From: Escherichia phage ETEC-TG
Sequence record: OR786310.1
Reading direction: 5' to 3' (one strand)
DNA length: 64,000 bases
Shown: positions 55,900 through 64,000 of the stretch, in pieces
How positions within the stretch are numbered: position 1 is the stretch's first letter
Layout of the letters: each line of letters begins with the position of its first letter
The notes under the pieces: generated by a model
Databases searched by the model: none
What the model saw: only the letters and a program-made list of their open reading frames with translations
What the model was told of the DNA's origin: nothing
Made by a program: the position numbers and the translations under genes

Positions 55900-56526
55900 A
55901 TGGGAATCCCTTTTGACTTAAAACTTGGACCAAACAACGACCTCATCATGGATGATGGGGATTTGGTCCTCACTACAACCAGAACAGAAATTGCAGCACA
56001 AACTCTTGGGATAACTCTGAACACGTATCGTGGGGAGTGGTTTTTAAATACTAACTTCGGTGTTCCTTACTTACAAGAGATTATTGGTGTTGCTAGAAAG
56101 AAAGATATTGTAGACAGAATATTTTTAGCAGAGATTGCCAAAAACGTTTACATAGATACAATAAACAGTTATAAATCTGCTTATGACATGGACCAACGTT
56201 ATTATTCAATGACAGTTATGGTCACAGTTGGAGCAGATACAGTAACATCTATATTCAATACTCAACCTTCTGAAGAGTTTATTTACCCTGAAGCTGGTGA
56301 AGACAATGCAGCGATCATTTGTGAAGCTTACAGTATTGTTGAGAATTCGAATAGACTTTATCGCTTTATCAACTTTGTTGGTTTGCCACGTGATACCTAC
56401 TCTACTTGGTGGAATGAATGGTCTACAGAGTCAGCAGTGGAAAGAATCATGGTTAACGAAAAAGGTGATGCATTAGCTACAAACAATGACTTCGGTATAA
56501 CAGCTATGACAGGAGTAGAAGAGTAA
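55900..56526 (+). CDS. putative baseplate wedge protein
   Basis: 208 aa ORF following spike; N-terminal GIPFDLKLGPNNDL...DGDL pattern. Confidence 0.35.
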   Translation: MGIPFDLKLGPNNDLIMDDGDLVLTTTRTEIAAQTLGITLNTYRGEWFLNTNFGVPYLQEIIGVARKKDIVDRIFLAEIAKNVYIDTINSYKSAYDMDQRYYSMTVMVTVGADTVTSIFNTQPSEEFIYPEAGEDNAAIICEAYSIVENSNRLYRFINFVGLPRDTYSTWWNEWSTESAVERIMVNEKGDALATNNDFGITAMTGVEE

Positions 56527-56999
56527 TGGCAGATTTAACTACGATCAAAATTTCTGATCTTACACAAACAACCTCTGTGTCTGATACAGATTTCTTTGTA
56601 ACAGATCAGGCTGGAATAACAAAGAAAACTTCTTTGAAAGTGCTGTTGAGTGGTGCAGGGGTAACTAGAAACCGTCTGAATGCACGGGGAACAGTAACTA
56701 GCACCTTGGCATTAGATATTAGTTCAGCAGAATATTTTTCTGCAACTTTATCTTCTGCAACGTGCACAATTAGTTTTACTAATATTCCAGTAGCAACAAA
56801 TGCAGTTTTAAACTTTACTTTAGCTTTGCGTCAAGGAAGTGGTGCAAATAAAGTCGTATGGCCTTCTTCTGTAAAATGGAGTTTTGGTCGCCCCCCAGTT
56901 TTGAGTTATCGTCAAGGTGCAACAGACACTTTTGAGTTTATCAGTTATGATAATGGAGCAACTTGGACAGGTAGCTTAGTTTTAGCAGGAGTTATTTAA
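56526..56999 (+). CDS. hypothetical tail protein sharing N-terminal motif with the distal fibre
   Basis: MADLTTIKISDLTQTTSVSDTDFFVTDQAGITKKTSLKVLL resembles the N-terminus of ORF 62046 (TNLPETSKVNGSDYLVLDQPDKTVKSTVSNFL). Confidence 0.4.
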   Translation: MADLTTIKISDLTQTTSVSDTDFFVTDQAGITKKTSLKVLLSGAGVTRNRLNARGTVTSTLALDISSAEYFSATLSSATCTISFTNIPVATNAVLNFTLALRQGSGANKVVWPSSVKWSFGRPPVLSYRQGATDTFEFISYDNGATWTGSLVLAGVI

Positions 57000-59875
57000 T
57001 GTCAAGAGTTAAGCACAATATTGACAACACGTTTCAGTTGATTGAAGGGTTGGTTCAGTTTTTGGAAAGAAATACTGGTCTTACCATAGATCCTACGGTT
57101 CAGCACTACATTATCAACCCACAAAACGTATTGGCGAACAACAGACACTTTATTAACTGGACAGCGCAGGAAGGGCAACCAAACGGTGACGCTACTACCG
57201 AAGGTCAATCTGTGCTTATCACTGGTTTTGCTTATGCATATTTGGCTACAGGAGATAAAAAATATCTTGAATCTGCCGAGAAGTATTGGCAAGCCTATAT
57301 AGATCACTTCTTCGGGGGCCAACCTATTCCTGATCCTCCAGCTAAGTATCGTCCCAACTGGATCATCAATGGTAAAGAACCACGTTTAGCACACTACCCT
57401 CTCACAGATGATGGGTATCCTACGCACGGTGGGTTCAAAGGTAGCATGATGACTTGGATTAACGGAAGGACTGTTATTCCTAAAGGTGCGCCACATTGGG
57501 GAGAATACTTAGATAAAGCTTGGTTTGCTTTCAATGGTAATCTTGGTTGGAACTCTGTTAACGCAACAGTGTATGCAACTAACCCAGATGGTTCAACCAA
57601 CTGGAAAGAATATGGAGATCAGTGGGACGTTGAATGGATTATAGATCGTCTAGGACGTAAAGTTGATTGGGATGGTAACATTTTATCCACTGGGCATAGC
57701 TTTGCAGAATATGGAACAGTGCAACTTAAAAACGCTTCTGTGAACGGAGACTATAAATTCAACTACGCTACATGCAATCCTGTAGAACACGGTGGATATC
57801 TGCTTAAGCGTAATGAGATGTGGCATAACCGTCCTGTAAACGTTCCGGTAGAGTTAGGTTATCAAGACAATGCTTCCGATGCTGAAACGTGGTGGTGTGA
57901 TGCAAACTACTTGATGTATCAGATCACAGGAGAGAGAAAATACTGGCTTTGCTGGCAATCTTCTTTATTGTTGTGTCAAGACTACTCAAACATCGATATG
58001 TTTGATAAATTCTTCCGTAGATCTACGACAGCAATAATTCCTTTTACAGATGGTATCTCGTATGATTACTCATACCCATCTACAGCAATACCTAAATATT
58101 CTCGTGACGAGTTAGGATACACAGTAATTCGCCAAGATGTTGCAGCACAAACAACTCTAGAACAACAGGCAGTTTGGTTCAGAGTGGATCAGAATTCAAA
58201 ACTGCGTATTGAGTTTCAAGGCGTAGATGATGCAGGGGAAGGTGTTCTTTTCCGTCCAGAGTTAGAATTAAGCAAGACTAAGAGTGAAACAGACACAGTG
58301 ACATATCGTTGTGGCTTACCTCTTGGTGCAGCTAATATGACTAAGATGGATATACCTTTATCCAGTTTTATGCGCACTGAACCTCCTGGAGGTGGTGTAT
58401 ATATTATTGCTGAACCTAGAATCATTGTTGACTGGGGAAGCAATACTGTGATACAATATAAATATGCAACTGGTATTGCTGGGACAAATAGTGATCAGAT
58501 AGTTTCTGCTAATATGGATTCAGATGGTGGTTTTACTATTGGGTTTTGGTTAACACCAACTAAAACAACCAATTTAAAATCTATTACGTATCGTTCATAC
58601 GCAGATGATTTTAACATCACTATTACGGATTCCGCAGGTTGGAGATGGTGGGCCATGTTAGAAAAAACAAATTCTGCATGGGTTACTAAAGCTTTAAGTC
58701 CTGCTGATTTCAAATTAAGTACTTGGCAACCTAATCACAATGACACAGAGACAAAACCTTCGTCAATAAACCTGACTGCTGTTGATCAGATGAACATTGC
58801 ATTGGATTCTGAACCTGCAAATGGCTTGACAGGGGCAATCGACTTTTATTGCGTTAACGATATCCCATCTTTGTATTCTTCAGCCGCTGGTGATGATTAC
58901 ACAATGTATTTCAGGGTTACAGTTTCATCTGAAAATCCTTATACAGCAAAACTTGGAGATTGTACAATACTGGACTACAAACTTGACAGTTTGAATTATA
59001 CTCCAGGAATCATCCCATTTTCCAATATTAGTGATCCTAATACAGCATTATATGACGGTTGGCGTGGTATTCCTTACCCAGGTTATCAATACCCATCCTT
59101 ATATTGTTTTAAAGGGAGAGATATTGACTGGGTTCGTATGAACAACAGTATAGACTTTTTATATGATTCACAAATGTGGTTTTATAATAAGTTTGCCCCT
59201 GTAATGCCTGGGCCAATGGCACAAGCTTATGTTTGGGATCGTTGGGATGCTCATAAATATGGAAACAAAAATGAGTTCACAATGTATCATTGGAACGATA
59301 AAGCTTGGGATGGTTATGAAGCAAGAGCATTCTTCTGTGCGTGTCATACGGTATACGAACTAAAGCGACGAGGAGCCGAAGTTCCTGAAAAACTTTTAAC
59401 AGTTTGTAAAAACTGGATCAACTACCTGAAGTGGTTCCAAGATAACAACGAAGGAAGAACACCAACAATATTTTATCCCAACGGAGAAGTGGCTGCGCCT
59501 GTAGATGACTTTACAAGTCACATGTCTGCGCTCTTTATGGCGGGATGTGCTATAATGGGGATGGCTGGATATGATTCAGAAATTCCTAACATTAGAATAG
59601 TAGCAGATCGCTGTTTTGAACTTATTCAGGAAAACTATATTGTTCTTGGTCCTAATCACGTCATGAATGGTTGTTGGAGTGCTGCTCCTAGACCAGACAG
59701 TGATAACGGAGTCTTCTTTGGCTTCCACGCTGGAGAGTTGTTACGTGGTTTTGGGTTGTATGCTTTATACAAAAAACTTAATCCCCAAAATGCATTACCT
59801 GTTTTGGATTCGAGCAATATTCCTGCACTTACTGTTTTGACAATGGCAAACATTAGTGTGGACGTTACCGAGTAA
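56999..59875 (+). CDS. large baseplate/tail fibre-associated protein
   Basis: 958 aa, Trp/Tyr-rich ORF in baseplate module. Confidence 0.4.
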   Translation: MSRVKHNIDNTFQLIEGLVQFLERNTGLTIDPTVQHYIINPQNVLANNRHFINWTAQEGQPNGDATTEGQSVLITGFAYAYLATGDKKYLESAEKYWQAYIDHFFGGQPIPDPPAKYRPNWIINGKEPRLAHYPLTDDGYPTHGGFKGSMMTWINGRTVIPKGAPHWGEYLDKAWFAFNGNLGWNSVNATVYATNPDGSTNWKEYGDQWDVEWIIDRLGRKVDWDGNILSTGHSFAEYGTVQLKNASVNGDYKFNYATCNPVEHGGYLLKRNEMWHNRPVNVPVELGYQDNASDAETWWCDANYLMYQITGERKYWLCWQSSLLLCQDYSNIDMFDKFFRRSTTAIIPFTDGISYDYSYPSTAIPKYSRDELGYTVIRQDVAAQTTLEQQAVWFRVDQNSKLRIEFQGVDDAGEGVLFRPELELSKTKSETDTVTYRCGLPLGAANMTKMDIPLSSFMRTEPPGGGVYIIAEPRIIVDWGSNTVIQYKYATGIAGTNSDQIVSANMDSDGGFTIGFWLTPTKTTNLKSITYRSYADDFNITITDSAGWRWWAMLEKTNSAWVTKALSPADFKLSTWQPNHNDTETKPSSINLTAVDQMNIALDSEPANGLTGAIDFYCVNDIPSLYSSAAGDDYTMYFRVTVSSENPYTAKLGDCTILDYKLDSLNYTPGIIPFSNISDPNTALYDGWRGIPYPGYQYPSLYCFKGRDIDWVRMNNSIDFLYDSQMWFYNKFAPVMPGPMAQAYVWDRWDAHKYGNKNEFTMYHWNDKAWDGYEARAFFCACHTVYELKRRGAEVPEKLLTVCKNWINYLKWFQDNNEGRTPTIFYPNGEVAAPVDDFTSHMSALFMAGCAIMGMAGYDSEIPNIRIVADRCFELIQENYIVLGPNHVMNGCWSAAPRPDSDNGVFFGFHAGELLRGFGLYALYKKLNPQNALPVLDSSNIPALTVLTMANISVDVTE

Positions 59876-59883
59876 GGGGTAAA

Positions 59884-62037
59884 ATGAAACAAGCTATATT
59901 TACTGTCACGCGAGACAAGAGAGTAAATGCGAGTTCATTTAACTACACGACTGTTGACGGAACAGCAGTCGCTGGTAGAGATTATATTGCAAAATCGGGA
60001 ACACTTGTGTTCCCTGATGATGCTGATTCTGCTACTATTGTGGTTGAAGTATTTGAACGACCAAAGAACTCAATAGATCTTAACTTCTCCCTCCAAGTTT
60101 CAGGGATTAGTCAAAATAACATGATGGTTGAAACAACCATCAATTGTATTATAACTACTATCCAAGAAAATACTACTCCAATAACTTGGACTACAAAAGA
60201 CGTTAAAATGTTCTCTCCTATGTATTGGACAATAGATTCTCAAGCAACGGAAAGTTGTTCTATTGTATCTCATGGAGACTCTTTTACTGCAAGATTTGTA
60301 AACAGAACAACAGCAGGTTTGGCAGGGGTTATCTGGAGCACAGTTGACAAATATGACCATAAAGGTGTTGGGTATTTGCCTCACACAGATTTAAGTTCAG
60401 AGAAACTTTGGTTTAAAATGGAAATTAGTCAAAACATGCCAGGTTTTAAAGAAGAACCTTTGGTGCCGACTTTGACTGTAACTCTCCTGGATAAAAGTGT
60501 TCATTATGTCAGTTTAGGATTCTACGCTTCAGATATTTCAGAAGATGGTAAAACAGCCACAATAAAGTTAGATTTTGGTAATATCTTTTCTGGCCCTAAT
60601 AATGATATTCCTTTGGATATGAGTGCTGTAGATAATATTTTCTTCTCTTTGATTACAGCAAGGTATGAAAAAATAGAAGAGGTTGTACCTATTGACAGTC
60701 AAGAGGCTTGGTTTACTTTCACTCTTCTTGAACCTACTTCTGGTTACAGTATGATGAAAGTCAGCAACCTTGTCCAGCCTGAACATGATATTCGCATGTG
60801 CACATCTTATGATGATATGTATAACCTGACTCCAGAGAGAGTTATTTATAATACATATGCACTAGGTTATCGTGGAATGATTAACCATTACAACGGAATG
60901 TCTCACTATTATGAGTTCTCATGGAACGGAACATCTTGGGCTTTAAATAGATCTGTTTTCCTGAATCCGGCTACAGAAGCTTGGCTAAATAGTTTCCATT
61001 CTATAGCAAACGAGAAGGGCTACACGATAATGAACTCTTTAAGTTTTGAATTGATGAGCACAGTTTGTCCTGTAGAATGGGTCCAGCATGATTGGAACGA
61101 TGCTCTTGCAGCAACAGGGTATGAACCTCCTAGTTATGTGTTGTCTCCAACTATTGACGAAGGTATGGAATATTTGCAAAATGTTATTAACAAAATAGCA
61201 TCTATTTCGCAAGCTAATAATATTCCAGTTGTCATTCAAATTGGTGAGCCTTGGTGGTGGTATAATACAGCAAGTAAAATGCCTTGCATATATGATTACA
61301 CTACCAAACTGGCATTCAACACAGAAACAGGCTTATTTGCACAAGATGCAGGAACAATAGATAATTATAAAACAGGAACACCGTTTGACGAATACTATGC
61401 ATTTTTGTCTCGTAAACTAGGGTTAAGAGTTACAAAGTTTGCAACAGACACTAGAGCAACTTATCCAGGAGCTAAAGTAACATTGCTGCCATTCTTACCA
61501 TCAATTATCGGCAATGGTTTAATGGAGAAAGTTAACTTTCCGTCTGATTACTACATTCCTGAAGCTTTTGATTTTTATTGTTCAGAGTGTTACGACTGGC
61601 TTCTGGAAGGTAAAATGATGAAAGCATTTGATGCAATTACCATACCACATGAAAAATTAGGTTTTGAATATTCTGATATTCACTATCTTGCAGGTTTTGT
61701 TCCAGATGCTACTCTTGCACCTTTGTATGGCTTTGATCCTGAATCAAACTACCGCACGTATCTTTGGAAAATGATTATAGGTAACATAGTGTTGAACGCC
61801 AATAAGTTCAATGGACTTACACAATATATATGGGCCTATCCTCAAATAATGCACGATTCTATCACGGTAGTTAATTCTCAATCCCAAGTTTTCTATATGG
61901 GTAACGTGCCTTTGAACGCTTATTTACAGGATATCACTCTTAAACAGGTAAATGTTGAGATTGCCACCATAAGTGGAATTACATTAGCCACTAAATCTGG
62001 AGAAGATTTAGTAACAACACAAAAATTTTATATATAG
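59884..62037 (+). CDS. tail-associated protein with N-terminal Calx-beta-like motif
   Basis: 717 aa; N-terminal SFNYTTVDGTAVAGRDYIAKSGTLVFPDDADSATIVVEV resembles a Calx-beta repeat. Confidence 0.4.
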   Translation: MKQAIFTVTRDKRVNASSFNYTTVDGTAVAGRDYIAKSGTLVFPDDADSATIVVEVFERPKNSIDLNFSLQVSGISQNNMMVETTINCIITTIQENTTPITWTTKDVKMFSPMYWTIDSQATESCSIVSHGDSFTARFVNRTTAGLAGVIWSTVDKYDHKGVGYLPHTDLSSEKLWFKMEISQNMPGFKEEPLVPTLTVTLLDKSVHYVSLGFYASDISEDGKTATIKLDFGNIFSGPNNDIPLDMSAVDNIFFSLITARYEKIEEVVPIDSQEAWFTFTLLEPTSGYSMMKVSNLVQPEHDIRMCTSYDDMYNLTPERVIYNTYALGYRGMINHYNGMSHYYEFSWNGTSWALNRSVFLNPATEAWLNSFHSIANEKGYTIMNSLSFELMSTVCPVEWVQHDWNDALAATGYEPPSYVLSPTIDEGMEYLQNVINKIASISQANNIPVVIQIGEPWWWYNTASKMPCIYDYTTKLAFNTETGLFAQDAGTIDNYKTGTPFDEYYAFLSRKLGLRVTKFATDTRATYPGAKVTLLPFLPSIIGNGLMEKVNFPSDYYIPEAFDFYCSECYDWLLEGKMMKAFDAITIPHEKLGFEYSDIHYLAGFVPDATLAPLYGFDPESNYRTYLWKMIIGNIVLNANKFNGLTQYIWAYPQIMHDSITVVNSQSQVFYMGNVPLNAYLQDITLKQVNVEIATISGITLATKSGEDLVTTQKFYI

Positions 62038-62045
62038 GAGTAAAA

Positions 62046-64000
62046 ATGTCAACTACAATTACTAATTTACCCGAAACATCAAAAGTTAATGGTTCTGATT
62101 ACCTGGTTTTAGACCAACCTGATAAGACTGTTAAAAGCACAGTTTCCAACTTTCTTACTGACACTGGGGTGGTTTTAGCCACCCAGTTGAAAGATACAGA
62201 TGGAGCTACCAAGTATCCAGAACTTCAGATTGCACGCTGGCGAGACGAGGGAGATATCAGAGGGTGGGGCACGGAAACAAACGGTGATGTTACCGAAGCA
62301 ATCATTGAGGCGGTAGCGGCGACAAGCGGCACTATCATTGTGCCACCTGGTGACTATGTTGCCACACCTACGCTGGCCGAAGTTCCGGCTGTGCTGAAAT
62401 TGCTGTCCCGCGCTGATTTTCGTGGCAGGTTGACCATTAATCTGCCAGCTGGGACGGTCAATCTGAACGAGCAGACAGTCATAAATTCTAACAGGAGTAA
62501 TCTGTGCAAGGTCATTGGCGTAGCGCTAAACACGAGCGTTACAGGGCTTGTTTCTGTAGCTGGGTCAAGCAAGCAATATTCGATAACTCTGTCCCTGGCA
62601 GATGCCTCGCAGGTGTCAGTCGGTGACTATGCCATCTTCAGGCACGATCTGACGGGAACTGGTTTTTTCCACATACACTGCGGGGGCTGGCGGGTAACGG
62701 CTGTGTCCGGCAATAACGTGACCGTGCTCAACACATGCGTCTTGGATTCATTCCCTTCGTCAACCGTTACCGGTGGATCAGTCTCCATTATCAAGTCCGT
62801 TCTGAAATACACCGGCTGTGATGGGATTAGACCGGAGGGCGGCGACTGTATCGGAATTATTGATAATGTCGCCATCGTGGGTGATTACAACCTTGCTACC
62901 GGCGCAGGGACAATCGGTGCTCACGGCGTAATATCCTCAACACCCGTAGTAGTCACCGACGCCGCCAACGCATCCAACAACGTAGCGAATATGGCGGCAG
63001 CGCTGGCCCTGGGACGAAATATTGCAATCAGTGCCTGGGGTGAGCAAGGGCTGGCAGTGTCGGGTCGCTCTGCGCTTGTGTGTAACTTCATCGCATCCTG
63101 TGCCAACCGTAAGCGTGGTATTTATGCGGAAGGTGCTCATATACGCGGGAAATTTATGATCGCCTCCGGAAACGGAGAGGACGGCATTATTTCAGATACC
63201 ACTGGATTTGTGCAGGCTGCATATGCCGTTTGCTCGGGTAACGGATTAAACGGGTTCTGGTCAACAAACCTCTCTCTTATTGCGGCGGCAAGGGGAGTGG
63301 CTTGCTGTAACAAAACAAATGGTGTGGAGGCAAGGGGGCAGACAAGGCTCGCATTTGATCTCGGCCTTTCCTACGGAAACGTTCTAAACGGTGTCAGCGC
63401 CTCTGATGGGGGCATGATTGACTTTGATGGCGGCATGTCAAGAGACAATCTCGTTGACGGGATCGCAGCGACATACAATGCAGTAGTTGACGCGAACAAC
63501 GCCTCCAGTACCACCAATGGTCGTTACGGTACTAACGTGACCTCCGCGTGCATTATCATTTCAGGGACTGGTACTATATCTGGGAATACAGGGGCGGATG
63601 TTCGTGATAACGGCAATGGGATGGTTGTCCGACCAGACGGCACGATCTACCCATTCACTGGGGTCGCACAGGGTAATCTGTCGCTAAGAAACACCGTCAG
63701 CGGCGCGGGGGTTGACATTGTTCCTACAAGTATAGGTGACTTAATTCTGAGCTTTAAAAACTCAGCAGGCGGAACGCTTAACCCGTTATACAACTTCAAA
63801 GCCGACGGTACTCAGTACCCTCAAAATGACGCGACGCAAAGCCTTGGGCGTGCCGCTAACCGATACAATGTCGGTTTCTTCGCTGGCGGAACACAGTCAA
63901 CTTCAGATGCCACACTTAAAGACCCTATCCGGGAGTTCAATCAGGCCGAACTTAATGCAGCAATGCGAATCGCAAAAATGCTGGGTTTCTGGACATGGCT
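62046..64000 (+). CDS. tail fibre/tailspike protein, 3' end beyond window; GC-rich distal module
   Basis: RBS TAGGAG, N-terminal adapter-like motif, then from about 62290 visibly GC-rich and Gly/Ala/Thr/Asn-rich sequence; open to the window end. Confidence 0.55.
   Translation, partial: MSTTITNLPETSKVNGSDYLVLDQPDKTVKSTVSNFLTDTGVVLATQLKDTDGATKYPELQIARWRDEGDIRGWGTETNGDVTEAIIEAVAATSGTIIVPPGDYVATPTLAEVPAVLKLLSRADFRGRLTINLPAGTVNLNEQTVINSNRSNLCKVIGVALNTSVTGLVSVAGSSKQYSITLSLADASQVSVGDYAIFRHDLTGTGFFHIHCGGWRVTAVSGNNVTVLNTCVLDSFPSSTVTGGSVSIIKSVLKYTGCDGIRPEGGDCIGIIDNVAIVGDYNLATGAGTIGAHGVISSTPVVVTDAANASNNVANMAAALALGRNIAISAWGEQGLAVSGRSALVCNFIASCANRKRGIYAEGAHIRGKFMIASGNGEDGIISDTTGFVQAAYAVCSGNGLNGFWSTNLSLIAAARGVACCNKTNGVEARGQTRLAFDLGLSYGNVLNGVSASDGGMIDFDGGMSRDNLVDGIAATYNAVVDANNASSTTNGRYGTNVTSACIIISGTGTISGNTGADVRDNGNGMVVRPDGTIYPFTGVAQGNLSLRNTVSGAGVDIVPTSIGDLILSFKNSAGGTLNPLYNFKADGTQYPQNDATQSLGRAANRYNVGFFAGGTQSTSDATLKDPIREFNQAELNAAMRIAKMLGFWTW

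Noticed and set aside
1-64000. CRISPR arrays, integrase, repressor or attachment sites
   Set aside because: No spaced direct-repeat array and no recombinase or repressor-like ORF recognised; the content looks like a strictly lytic phage.

Overview
This window reads as part of a large, AT-rich, virulent tailed-phage genome (myovirus-like, Gram-negative host inferred), split into two divergently transcribed blocks. All calls come from reading the ORF translations and DNA by eye; no searches or folding programs were run, so coordinates of RNA genes and regulatory sites are approximate. Minus strand 1..33732 is an early/metabolic block: class Ia ribonucleotide reductase nrdA/nrdB with an HNH-AP2 homing-endonuclease-like gene between them, ThyX, PhoH, T4-type lysozyme, glutaredoxin, RmlC/RmlD, ATP-dependent DNA ligase, an Rnl1-like RNA ligase flanked by a polynucleotide kinase and a metallophosphoesterase, two phosphoesterases, two methyltransferase-like genes, an HslV-like peptidase, a DEDDh exonuclease and many small unknown ORFs. 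A repeat-dense AT-rich divergent control region (33733..34214) separates this from the plus-strand block: a tRNA array (about 12 tRNAs plus irregular tRNA-like elements, 35193..37218), spanins, large terminase, portal, scaffold, decoration and major capsid proteins, sheath, tube, frameshifted tail chaperone, tape measure, baseplate and tail fibre genes. Most notable: a putative mini-intein splitting the terminase Walker A motif, a three-gene RNA repair cassette, a class II tRNA carrying an Asn (GTT) anticodon, an anticodon-less tRNA-like element, a long ORF with no canonical start codon, and a GC-rich tail-fibre distal module. No integrase, repressor or CRISPR array was seen.
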